Below, one piece after another: positions 26,167-34,510 of a DNA stretch of 34,854 nt. Position numbers and translations under genes: made by a program. Under the pieces are notes generated by a model, which saw only the letters and a list, made by a program, of their open reading frames with translations, was not told where the DNA came from and did no database searches. Source of the DNA: a virus (lineage: Duplodnaviria > Caudoviricetes); the IMG/VR virus record IMGVR_UViG_3300005764_000045, positions 1 to 34,854 of that record; one strand, given 5' to 3'. How positions within the stretch are numbered: position 1 is the stretch's first letter; every line of letters starts with the position of its first letter.

Positions 26167-26660
26167 CCGCGCTGCGGGCCGCCCGCCCCCAGACTGACCC
26201 CCATGGCGGGGGCGGCATGTTCCTGCGCAATGATGACCGCTGGCGGGAAGATCGCATAGCGGGCGAGCTGTGCCGCACCTGGGGCCTGCACCTGTGGCAT
26301 ATGCCCCCGTGGTCGCCCGTTGACTTCCTGGCGGTGCGCCACGGGCGGCCTGTGGGCTGGGTGGAGGTCATCAGCCGCAGCAAGCCCAGCAGCGATCTGC
26401 TGGCGCGCGGCGGCGTGGCCCTCAAGGCCGCCACCCACGCCATCCTGTGCGCCCTGGGCGGCGTGCCGCTGAGCCCCGATTGGTTTGGGGCGGTCATCGT
26501 CTATGACCTGCCTGACGGTCTGTTCTGGGCCCCGATCGATCCCGCCGCCCGCCTCGCTGAGGGCAGGCTGACGGACCCGCGCGGCGCACCAGGTGACACC
26601 GCTGAGCCCGTGGTCTTTTTTGCCGACCTGCGCCGCGTGGGCAAGGGCGCGCGGCCATGA
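26163..26660 (+). CDS. PD-(D/E)XK-fold nuclease-like protein, possibly degenerate; start uncertain
   Basis: E...PVDF...WVEVISR pattern with Ile at the usual catalytic Lys position. Confidence 0.5.
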   Translation: MTALRAARPQTDPHGGGGMFLRNDDRWREDRIAGELCRTWGLHLWHMPPWSPVDFLAVRHGRPVGWVEVISRSKPSSDLLARGGVALKAATHAILCALGGVPLSPDWFGAVIVYDLPDGLFWAPIDPAARLAEGRLTDPRGAPGDTAEPVVFFADLRRVGKGARP

Positions 26661-27544
26661 CCGCGCTGGCCCTCGATGCGTGCGAGGCTGCCCTGGCTGA
26701 GCGGGCCCAGCGGGTGATCTGGCCGTTTTTCACGTTCTACGGGGGCAAGTGGCGGGCCGCCCCGCGCTACCCCGCCCCGCGCCACCGCGTGGTCATAGAG
26801 CCCTTTGCGGGGTCAGCGGGTTACGCGGTGCGCCACCACCAGCGTGAGGTCATCCTGGTGGAGAAAGACCCCGTGATAGCGGGCACCTGGCGATACCTGA
26901 TAAACGCATCAGAGGCAGAGATAAGAGGGCTGCCGCTGATCGGCAATGACCAGGCGGTGGCTGATCTGGGCGTCACCGCCGCGCAGGGCTGGCTGATCGG
27001 CTGGTGGCTGAACAAAGGCACCACGCGGCCTGAGCTGCGGCCAGGCCGCTGGATGCGCGACGGCATACGCCCTAACTCGCAATGGGGCGAGGTCATCCGT
27101 GACCGGATCGCATCATCACTGTGGGCGATACGCCACTGGGTGGTCATCGAGGGCGATTACACCGCTGCGCCTGACATCGCGGCCACCTGGTTTATTGATC
27201 CCCCCTATAGCTCAGCCGCCAGCGGGCACCGCTACAGGTGCAGTAACCGCGACATTGACTATGGAGCGCTGGCCGCGTGGGTGCACGGGCGGGCGGGCCA
27301 GGTGATCGCTTGCGAGGCCCAGGGCGCGGGCTGGCTGCCCTTTGCGCCGTTCGCGCGGGTCAAGGGGACTGAGGGCCGCACGCGGTCTGGGGTCAGCCCT
27401 GAGGCGGTCTGGCTGTCCAACGGGGGCAGGCCGCGCTATTCCTGCTGCGATTATTACCCGCACCTGTGCCCTGGCTGCGGGCGGTATATGTCGCACCGTG
27501 AGTGGGCTGAGCAATCGGTCTGTAACGATTGCCAGGCGTGGTGA
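26657..27544 (+). CDS. DNA adenine methyltransferase (Dam/D12 class) with a C-terminal Cys-rich extension
   Basis: YGGKW, EPFAGS (motif I), FIDPPY (motif IV). Confidence 0.9.
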   Translation: MTALALDACEAALAERAQRVIWPFFTFYGGKWRAAPRYPAPRHRVVIEPFAGSAGYAVRHHQREVILVEKDPVIAGTWRYLINASEAEIRGLPLIGNDQAVADLGVTAAQGWLIGWWLNKGTTRPELRPGRWMRDGIRPNSQWGEVIRDRIASSLWAIRHWVVIEGDYTAAPDIAATWFIDPPYSSAASGHRYRCSNRDIDYGALAAWVHGRAGQVIACEAQGAGWLPFAPFARVKGTEGRTRSGVSPEAVWLSNGGRPRYSCCDYYPHLCPGCGRYMSHREWAEQSVCNDCQAW

Positions 27545-27915
27545 TGACCGCCTATCAGCGCGGCAGCGCATACGAGGTCAAGGCGGCCAACGTGCTGGCC
27601 GCTGACGGATATGCGTGCTGGCTGGCGCGCGGCAGCAAGGGCCCTGCTGACGTGGTGGCGATCAAGGTGGGCCAGGTCTTGCTCGTGCAGGTCAAGAGCG
27701 GCGCAGGGGTCTACCCCGCCAGCGCGGGCCTGAGTCACGCGGGCTGGAATGCGCTGCACGATCTGGCCGCCCAGGTCGGGGCGGTGCCCGTGACCTGCTA
27801 CTGGCGCAAGTGGGCCAGGCGGCCAACCTGGCGGCAGATCACTGGCCGCCATACCGCCCGCGCCAGCCTGTGGCCCTCGATGCCCTTTGACCCTGACGAG
27901 GTGGTGGCCTCGTGA
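27544..27915 (+). CDS. Holliday junction resolvase (Hjc-like)
   Basis: YQRGSAYE...GY...GSKGPADVVA...LVQVKS. Confidence 0.8.
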   Translation: MTAYQRGSAYEVKAANVLAADGYACWLARGSKGPADVVAIKVGQVLLVQVKSGAGVYPASAGLSHAGWNALHDLAAQVGAVPVTCYWRKWARRPTWRQITGRHTARASLWPSMPFDPDEVVAS

Positions 27916-28118
27916 GACGCCTCAGCGCACGCCAGGCGGTCACCTGCGAGACGGCAAAGGGCAGGCGGTGCCGCTGCCGCTGCGGCGGCCTGCTGCACGG
28001 GGCGGGCAGGTTTACCGACGCTGACGGCGCGCGGCTGCTGCCCGACGATGACCCGCACGCCCCGCCCCTTATCCAGCCCGCCCTCTTTACCCGTGACGAG
28101 GTGATGACCCATGGCTGA
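27912..28118 (+). CDS. Small Zn-binding hypothetical protein
   Basis: CETA...CRCRCGGLLHG motif. Confidence 0.7.
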   Translation: MRRLSARQAVTCETAKGRRCRCRCGGLLHGAGRFTDADGARLLPDDDPHAPPLIQPALFTRDEVMTHG

Positions 28119-28359
28119 TCTTGTCTACTGCGCACCAGCCGCCCGCCCGATGACGCGGCTGCACATCGCTGAGGCGGGGGCTGATCTGCACGCCCGCTAC
28201 GGGGGCGAGGGCATGACTGTCTGCGGCCTGGTGATGGCCTGGGCAGAGCTGTGGGTGGCGGTGGAGCGGCGGCCAGGTGACTACGTGTGCGGGCCCTGCG
28301 AGGGCCGCCCGCAGGTGCCCGCCCGCCAGCTTGCCCTCGTGGGTGATGATGCCCCGTGA
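28111..28359 (+). CDS. Small Zn-finger-like hypothetical protein
   Basis: LHI...TVCG...CGPC pattern. Confidence 0.6.
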   Translation: MADLVYCAPAARPMTRLHIAEAGADLHARYGGEGMTVCGLVMAWAELWVAVERRPGDYVCGPCEGRPQVPARQLALVGDDAP

Positions 28360-28414
28360 TGGCGGGCCCGTGGGCCACCTGGCCCCATGCGGATCGCAAT
28401 GCGGTTGGCATGCC

Positions 28415-29314
28415 ATGACGCGCGCTAACTGGCACTACCTACGGGTAGACGATGCGCTACCCGACCACGAAAAGCTAGAGGGTCTGACCCCTGAGTCAAG
28501 GGCCCTTTTGCTGGGCACGCTGGTGGAGGTCTGGGCCTACTGCAACCGCCTGCTAACTGATGGGTTTATCCCGCAGCCCAGGTGGCCCAAACTAGGCACC
28601 CGCAAGGGCCGCGCCCTCGTGCTGGCCAGGCGGTTCGCTGACGAGGTTGACGGGGGCTATCAGTGCCGCCACTACCTGGACTATCAGACCTCCAGGGCCC
28701 AGGTGGAGGCATACCGCGCGGCGGGCCGCAAGGGGGCTGGCACACGCTGGCAGATCGATGCGGTTCGCATTACGTCTAGCAATGCGGATCGCAATGCGAT
28801 ACGCATGGGGCCACCTGGCCCTGATGGGGCCACACGGACCCATGCGGATCGCAATGCGGATCGCAATGCGGTGCGCAATACCTCTGTACCTATAACTGAT
28901 AACCCCCCCTACCCCCCCGCAGCAGAAACGGGCAGATCAACTGGCAGTTACCAGGGCCGCGATTTGGGCCAGCGCACCCCACGGGCTGATGACAGACCAC
29001 CGCCCGCTAGCGAGGTCTGCACCCGCTGCGGCGGCCACCATGACCGCGCTGACTGCCCCGTTATGGGGCCAGGCCCCGACCACCCGCCGCGCCGCGCGAG
29101 GGCCGCCGCTGCGGCGGGCCGCCAGCGGGTCACCGCCGCGCGCCCGCCGCCCGTGCCGCCCCGCCGCCCCGCTGACCCTGAGGTCACCGCCAAAGGTGCC
29201 GCCCTCGTGCGCGGGGCCCTGGACCTCGCCCGCCAGCAGCAGGCCGCCGCCGCCGCGCCAGCTCAGGCCGCTGATGCGCCTGACGAGGCCCCCGCAGAGC
29301 AACCGCCGTTTTAA
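28415..29314 (+). CDS. Phage replication initiator-like protein
   Basis: N-terminal YLRVDDALPDHEK...AYCNRLLTDGFIP...HYLDYQTSR family motif; internal iteron-like repeats; C-terminal CxxC-H-C knuckle. Confidence 0.75.
   Translation: MTRANWHYLRVDDALPDHEKLEGLTPESRALLLGTLVEVWAYCNRLLTDGFIPQPRWPKLGTRKGRALVLARRFADEVDGGYQCRHYLDYQTSRAQVEAYRAAGRKGAGTRWQIDAVRITSSNADRNAIRMGPPGPDGATRTHADRNADRNAVRNTSVPITDNPPYPPAAETGRSTGSYQGRDLGQRTPRADDRPPPASEVCTRCGGHHDRADCPVMGPGPDHPPRRARAAAAAGRQRVTAARPPPVPPRRPADPEVTAKGAALVRGALDLARQQQAAAAAPAQAADAPDEAPAEQPPF
28759..28902. repeat. Iteron-like array TGCG-N3-CGCA (putative replication origin)
   Basis: Copies at 28759, 28783, 28795, 28843, 28855 and 28867, all on a 12-bp register, followed by an AT-richer tract. 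Confidence 0.75.
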
Positions 29315-29400
29315 AATGCCGCCATATGGCCCGTTTACGCGGGCCCCCGCCTGAGAAGTAAACCGACCACCACCAGGCACCTGAGAGGATCACCACCCCC

Positions 29401-29904
29401 ATGGCCACCCAGCTAACCCTCGCCCGCGTGCCCCCCGACTCACCCGCCTATGACAGCGATCTGGCGGCTGAGGCTGAGCGGTGGCTGGCCAGCCTCGATG
29501 ACAAGTGGCTGGCCTGCCGCTACTCGCATGCGTTCCCGAAAATCTACGCGCGCAATGGCAAACTCCCGCGTGGCGTTGACGCCCGCCCCATCGCCAACCG
29601 TGGCGGTGTATTCCAGATACGCCAGACCTGCCGCGATTGCGGCATAGTGCGCACCTACACCTGCCAGGGTGACATCTTTGCCCGCAACCGCAGCTATCAG
29701 TATGAGTGGCCTGAGGGCTATCAGATGCCTAAGGGTGCCAGCGCTTACGTCACCATTGACGATATAAACGCTGAGCGTAACCGCCGCGCAAATGAAAACC
29801 TGCGGCAGGTGCCAGGGCTGGCGCAGTTGCTAGACGAGGTAGAGGCAGCGCTGGCCGCTGACGCTGCGCAATCGCAGCGTGAACGGGCAGGCAAAGCCTC
29901 GTGA
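29401..29904 (+). CDS. Conserved actinophage-type Zn-binding hypothetical protein
   Basis: LACRYSH...CRDCG..R...Y.WPEGY; GAGG RBS. Confidence 0.75.
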   Translation: MATQLTLARVPPDSPAYDSDLAAEAERWLASLDDKWLACRYSHAFPKIYARNGKLPRGVDARPIANRGGVFQIRQTCRDCGIVRTYTCQGDIFARNRSYQYEWPEGYQMPKGASAYVTIDDINAERNRRANENLRQVPGLAQLLDEVEAALAADAAQSQRERAGKAS

Positions 29905-30192
29905 CCGCCGATATGCTCACTGCGGCCAGGCCCAGCCTCGCAAGCTGGGCACTGGCCCCCAGCCGTTACCCGCGAGGGCGCAGCCATGACCCCAGCCGCC
30001 ACAGACAGCCACGCCCTGGCCCGCGCCCGCGACCTGGGCCCGCCGCCGCTGCCCGCAGACCTCGCGGGCGTGCTGGCGTGGCTGACCGCCCAGCAGGACG
30101 CCATCGCGGCCTGCGCCCTGGGCACCTGCGGGCACCCGTGCTGAGCAAGATCATCAGCTCGAGATTTCCCCCCAGATCGGTAGGAAATAGCG

Positions 30193-30420
30193 ATGGCTGG
30201 GCCTGACCTCCAGGGCTGGCAGGACATCACAGGCTGGCGCATCGAATTGCTGACCGGCAGCCCTGACGGGCCCCGCCAGCGGTGCGCCCTGATACTGCGC
30301 GCACCAGGCGGCCAGAACCGTGGCCTGGTGGGCCTGGAGCGGGCCGCCGCCCTGGAGCTAGCTGACGCCCTGCGGGCCGCTGTCACCCCGCCGCTGCGCC
30401 TCGTGGGCCCCGATGGCTAG
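30193..30420 (+). CDS. Hypothetical protein
   Basis: AGGA RBS; coupled to the next ORF. Confidence 0.6.
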   Translation: MAGPDLQGWQDITGWRIELLTGSPDGPRQRCALILRAPGGQNRGLVGLERAAALELADALRAAVTPPLRLVGPDG

Positions 30421-30721
30421 CACCCGCCCAGGCACGGGCTGCGCCCTGGGCAACCTGCTGGGCGCGGGCGAGCGGGTCTGTTTCGTGGGCCGCCTGGGCC
30501 GCATGCCCGCGTGCGGGCCCTGTGACCGCTACTGGCCCCGCCCCACAGGGGCCAGCGGCCAGGGCCACCCTGAGCTAGCCCAGACCCCCGTCATGGTGAT
30601 CATCACCACCGACGCCAGCGGCCATATCGACATTGCCGCCCACGGGCCGATCAAGGGCCAGGCGGGCCTCGTGGCCCTGCTGGAGGCATCACTGCGCATC
30701 GCAAAGGATCAAGACCCGTGA
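30413..30721 (+). CDS. Hypothetical protein
   Basis: Coupled ORF with CxxC. Confidence 0.5.
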   Translation: MASTRPGTGCALGNLLGAGERVCFVGRLGRMPACGPCDRYWPRPTGASGQGHPELAQTPVMVIITTDASGHIDIAAHGPIKGQAGLVALLEASLRIAKDQDP

Positions 30722-31302
30722 CCACCACCGCCACGCCCGCCCCGCCCGCCATCGTCACCGCCGTGCGCCGCGCGGTGCTGGGCGAGTTTCGCCGCGATTC
30801 GTGCATAGCGGCCACCCGCGTGGTCATCGAGGTCTGCGCCTATTTCGGCATCGAGGCCAGCCCCGTGCCCGTCAAGGTGGCCGCGTTCACCCCCATTGCC
30901 TGGGAATTGCGGGACAGCCTGGTTACCCAGCCCTCAGATACCTGGCCGCGCGGCGCATGGTCAGCGGGCGTGGCGGGCACCAGCGGCACGTCAAGGCCAG
31001 GCCGCTGGGATGGCCACCTGGTGGCCACCGCCGATCATGGCGGGCCCTGGCTGCTGGACGCATCGCTAGACCAACTGGCCCGCCCCGCCCGTGGCCTCGT
31101 GGTGGAGGCCCGCGCGTTTCCGCTGCCCCATGGCATGCCCGTGCCTGACGCTGACCTGTCCATCAAACTGCCCAGCGGCGTGGTGATCGTTTACGGGCAC
31201 CTGGCTGACGAGGCATGGCGCGACTCACCCAACTGGCGGGCCCAGGGCCAGGCCATCAGGCGGGTGGCAGGCGGGGCCATCAGGGCCCTGAGGCAGGCAT
31301 GA
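30718..31302 (+). CDS. Hypothetical protein, possible transglutaminase/papain-like fold
   Basis: DSCIAATRV...GHLVA...LLDASL Cys-His-Asp order. Confidence 0.55.
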   Translation: MTTTATPAPPAIVTAVRRAVLGEFRRDSCIAATRVVIEVCAYFGIEASPVPVKVAAFTPIAWELRDSLVTQPSDTWPRGAWSAGVAGTSGTSRPGRWDGHLVATADHGGPWLLDASLDQLARPARGLVVEARAFPLPHGMPVPDADLSIKLPSGVVIVYGHLADEAWRDSPNWRAQGQAIRRVAGGAIRALRQA

Positions 31303-31628
31303 CCGACCCGCCCCAGCGTGACCACCCGCTGCGCGGGCTGCGCGTGGTGGCCATCATCGATGACGGGCCGCCGCTGACCACGCTGACCGGAATCCTGCTA
31401 TGGGTGGGCATAGACGGTGAGGTGGCCATCAGGTGCGACGATGGCCAGGACCGCTACGGGTGGCCCTGCCTCGATTTGCAGCAGGCCCCAGGCACCTACT
31501 GGCAGCGCGACCCAGGCCCCTGGCCCACGGCACCGCCCTGGCCCGACGATGACGAGGGCCCGCCGCCGCGCAAGACCCGCACCATATGGCTGCCAGGTGA
31601 TGGCCCCGATGCCGACCCGCCCGCCTAA
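31299..31628 (+). CDS. Hypothetical protein
   Basis: ATGA-coupled; short beta-rich domain and Pro-rich tail. Confidence 0.55.
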   Translation: MTDPPQRDHPLRGLRVVAIIDDGPPLTTLTGILLWVGIDGEVAIRCDDGQDRYGWPCLDLQQAPGTYWQRDPGPWPTAPPWPDDDEGPPPRKTRTIWLPGDGPDADPPA

Positions 31629-32106
31629 CGCCTGCCCGCGCCCAGGCTGCCGCCACGTCCAGCCCTGCCCCGACCACCCGCCAGGCTGGTCAGCAGGCGC
31701 ACCAGGCCGCACCATGCCACGAGGCTGGCCCCGCACCCGCCGCCGCGTATTCACCCGCGATGGGTGGCGGTGCCGCCGCTGCGGTGCTGGCGTCACCCTG
31801 CACGGGCCCGCCGCTGGGGTCTGCGATCACATAGACCGCGCTGCGGGTGACGCTGACGCCAACCTGCAAACGCTCTGCCAGCCATGCTCTGACGCCAAAA
31901 CCCAGCACGAGGCCCAGGCCGCACGAGGGCTGGCCCCAGCGGTCAGCAGGAACCAACAACCCGCACCACTGGGGCCAGCGCGGCCAACCCTAGCGGCACG
32001 CGCCAGCCCCGCCAGCCCCAGGGCCACCAGCCCCAGCTCAGGGCACGAAACACCCCCGCCAGGCGTTGATACTGGGATTAGCCAACGGAAGGAACCAACG
32101 CCATGA
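31609..32106 (+). CDS. HNH endonuclease (packaging-associated type)
   Basis: MP.RP...C..PGC...CPDH, RDGWRCRRCG, CDHI, NLQTLCQPC..KT. Confidence 0.85.
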   Translation: MPTRPPNACPRPGCRHVQPCPDHPPGWSAGAPGRTMPRGWPRTRRRVFTRDGWRCRRCGAGVTLHGPAAGVCDHIDRAAGDADANLQTLCQPCSDAKTQHEAQAARGLAPAVSRNQQPAPLGPARPTLAARASPASPRATSPSSGHETPPPGVDTGISQRKEPTP

Positions 32107-32942
32107 CCCTGACCCCAGGCACCCGCACCCACCGCATCCCAGGCAGCGCCACGCTGACCCGTGATCAGCTAGCGGCAGCCCTCAAGACCCTGCCCATCAT
32201 CGTGACCGTTGACCACCTGCTGCCCGCCACCGACTCAAGGCCCCAGCGGGCTGAGGGCCGCGCCCAGGGGGCCCACGCCCTCGCTGATGACATCATGGCC
32301 CAGGCCATCGATGCGGGCCCCGCCCTCGTGGCCATTGAGCGGCCATCAGACCAGCAGGTGTGCTGGCACCTGGCCACCTGCCCCGCCGCCGCGCTGCCTG
32401 AGGGCGGGCCGCCCTGGCCCCGCTGGGTGATCAACCGCGCTGACGTGTCGCCAGGCTGGCAGCCCTGCGCCCTGTGCCACCCGCACCAGCCCGCGCCCAC
32501 GGACCCAGACCCGCTGACCCTGCTGGCAGACACCTGGCGGGGCCTGGCGCGCGACCTGGAGACAGCCGCCGCCGCAGAGACACCCGCCGCAGGCATCGGG
32601 CTGATGGCCGCCGCTGATCAGCTAGACAAATGCGCCGATCAGTTGCAGATCGTGGCAGGCGTGCCAGGTGCGCCCGTTTACGTCATCGCCAGCATCAGTG
32701 GTGACCCGTGGAATGCCGCCACCCCAGGCCAGATGATCACCTACCTGGACGCGCAGAGCACCCCGCCTGACTGGCACCTGGCCGCGCTGAACCAGGTATG
32801 CCTCGTGGCCATGATCGATGGGCCCGCCGCAGAGCCCTACGACAACACCCCGGACCTGGAGGCAGCCGCCGCCGCCGCAGGCCAGCCCCTCGCCACCTGG
32901 CGGGACGTGCACGGCAACCGCGCAGACAGCCACCTGGCATGA
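32103..32942 (+). CDS. Hypothetical protein
   Basis: GGAAGGA RBS; 279 aa; WH...C...CALC motif. Confidence 0.7.
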   Translation: MTLTPGTRTHRIPGSATLTRDQLAAALKTLPIIVTVDHLLPATDSRPQRAEGRAQGAHALADDIMAQAIDAGPALVAIERPSDQQVCWHLATCPAAALPEGGPPWPRWVINRADVSPGWQPCALCHPHQPAPTDPDPLTLLADTWRGLARDLETAAAAETPAAGIGLMAAADQLDKCADQLQIVAGVPGAPVYVIASISGDPWNAATPGQMITYLDAQSTPPDWHLAALNQVCLVAMIDGPAAEPYDNTPDLEAAAAAAGQPLATWRDVHGNRADSHLA

Positions 32943-33313
32943 CCGACGCCCGCGCGGCCAGGCTGGGCCAGCAGCCCAGCGGCCTGCCCGCCGCCATCGG
33001 GGCCCGCGCCGCTGACCCCATCGAGGTCTGCCCGCTATGCGGCGGCAAGGTCCGCTATCAGCGGTGCCGCGACTGCGGCGCAGAACATGGCCCAGCCGCA
33101 GCCATCGCAGCAGACCTGGAGGCCAGCCCCATGCCCCTGACACCCATGCCGCCGCCAGACCCCCAGGTGTCAGCCTGCTGCGGCGCACCCCTGCGCGGCA
33201 CCACGGGCCGCACCTGGTGCGCGATGTGCACCCGCCCGTGCCAGCCCGCCGCCGCCCACGAGCCAGCCCTGGGCTGCTGCGCCTGGCACTTCAACCGCAG
33301 CGGGCCAGCATGA
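32939..33313 (+). CDS. Double Zn-ribbon hypothetical protein
   Basis: CPLCG...CRDCG and SACCG...CAMC..PC; ATGA-coupled. Confidence 0.6.
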   Translation: MTDARAARLGQQPSGLPAAIGARAADPIEVCPLCGGKVRYQRCRDCGAEHGPAAAIAADLEASPMPLTPMPPPDPQVSACCGAPLRGTTGRTWCAMCTRPCQPAAAHEPALGCCAWHFNRSGPA

Positions 33314-33453
33314 CCCGCGACAGACTCAGCCTGTGGCTAGACCGCGTGCCCGCCTGGGCCTGGCTGCTGCTGCTGCTGGCCCTGCTGGCCCTCGTGGTCG
33401 CATGGTTCGCGCCCGTGATCCTTTACCACGCGAGCGGCGGCTGGCTGGGATAG
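33310..33453 (+). CDS. Small membrane protein
   Basis: 47 aa with one long hydrophobic helix; ATGA-coupled. Confidence 0.6.
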   Translation: MTRDRLSLWLDRVPAWAWLLLLLALLALVVAWFAPVILYHASGGWLG

Positions 33454-33474
33454 CCCAGCCCGCCCCCGCGAAAC

Positions 33475-33524
33475 ACGCGCCAGGGCCCGCCCAGATCGAT
33501 GCTGGCGGGCCCTGGCGCGTTTCT
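33475..33524 (+). terminator. Intrinsic terminator
   Basis: 17-bp perfect stem ACGCGCCAGGGCCCGCC / GGCGGGCCCTGGCGCGT followed by TTCT. Confidence 0.75.
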
Positions 33525-33737
33525 GCGCCCAGCCACCCTGCCAGGCCGCCACAGGCCCGCACAGGCCGCCACAGGCCCGCGAGCGGACAGCGGGCACAGG
33601 TGCAACGTCCCCCGCAGGCATGGCCGGTATTGACGCTGAGTGGCTGGACGTATGGCTAGCGGTGGAGCGTGGCCCCGCACTGTGGGCGGATTGGATCGCA
33701 GCAGGCCGCCCCGAACCTGGCGCACCGCCTGGCTGGT

Positions 33738-33788
33738 GGGCAACCTGGCCCATGGCCTAACCGCACCCAGCCGCCTAGCCTGACCCCC
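33738..33788 (+). promoter_or_regulatory. Putative leaderless promoter with palindromic site GGGCAACCTGGCCC, -35 TGGCCT and -10 TAGCCT
   Basis: Same geometry as the capsid promoter; -10 ends 7 nt before ATG 33789. Confidence 0.55.
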
Positions 33789-34499
33789 ATGCGCAAACCA
33801 GCCCGCGCACTCGCTGCGCTTGCCGCCCTGCCCGCCGCCGTGCTGGCCCTCGCCAGCCCCGCCGCCGCCAGCGGCCACCCGCACACCAGCACCCCCGCCT
33901 GCCAGGTCACCTCCAGCCAGTGCGCTGAGCCCGTGGAAGCACAGGCCCCGCTGGCCGCCCTCAACTATGTGCGGGCCGCTGACGCTGGCCTCACCGCGCA
34001 CCCGTTCACCCGCAATATCAGCATGGACCCCAATAACAACCGCCAGGATGGCCGCCAGGATTGGACCTGGCAGCAAGAGGGCACCGTGCCAATGCCAGGC
34101 GGTGGCCGAGGCGGATTCGGGTTTAGCGCATTTGACCGCGCCAACTATGGCGGCCTGGGTGTCTTTGAGCTTGAGTGGACACCACGCGGCGACGATTCCA
34201 ACCTGTGCGCCCAGGACACCGCGCTAAACAAGATCGTATTGCGCCCGTGCAGTGGCCGCGTGCCCCAGGCGTTTATCGTCACCTTTGGCAGCCTGCCGCT
34301 GGTGCCCGCCCCCGGTCACGCTGGCTACGCCTACGCCCTCAACGCCCGCCAGCCCCACGGTGCGCAACTGCCCACCGCCCAGCACCACTACTGCCTCACC
34401 GGCACGCCAGGCGCAGTGGTCGGGCTGGTGCACGCCGCGCGGTGCCGCAGCACAGGCGCAGCCACAGGCACCGATCAGCAATGGTCAGCCCTGCCGTAA
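33789..34499 (+). CDS. Secreted Cys-containing protein, ricin-B (beta-trefoil) lectin-like
   Basis: Sec signal MRKPARALAALAALPAAVLALASPAAA; QDW/QAF/QQW repeats with Cys pairs (NLCAQD..LRPC; YCLT..ARC). Confidence 0.6.
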   Translation: MRKPARALAALAALPAAVLALASPAAASGHPHTSTPACQVTSSQCAEPVEAQAPLAALNYVRAADAGLTAHPFTRNISMDPNNNRQDGRQDWTWQQEGTVPMPGGGRGGFGFSAFDRANYGGLGVFELEWTPRGDDSNLCAQDTALNKIVLRPCSGRVPQAFIVTFGSLPLVPAPGHAGYAYALNARQPHGAQLPTAQHHYCLTGTPGAVVGLVHAARCRSTGAATGTDQQWSALP

Positions 34500-34510
34500 A
34501 GGATCACGCC

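Noticed and set aside
29901-30206. 101-aa ORF from the track
   Set aside because: Arg/Pro-rich shadow composition; a 52-aa ORF in another frame (29986-30144) looks more protein-like, but neither is well supported
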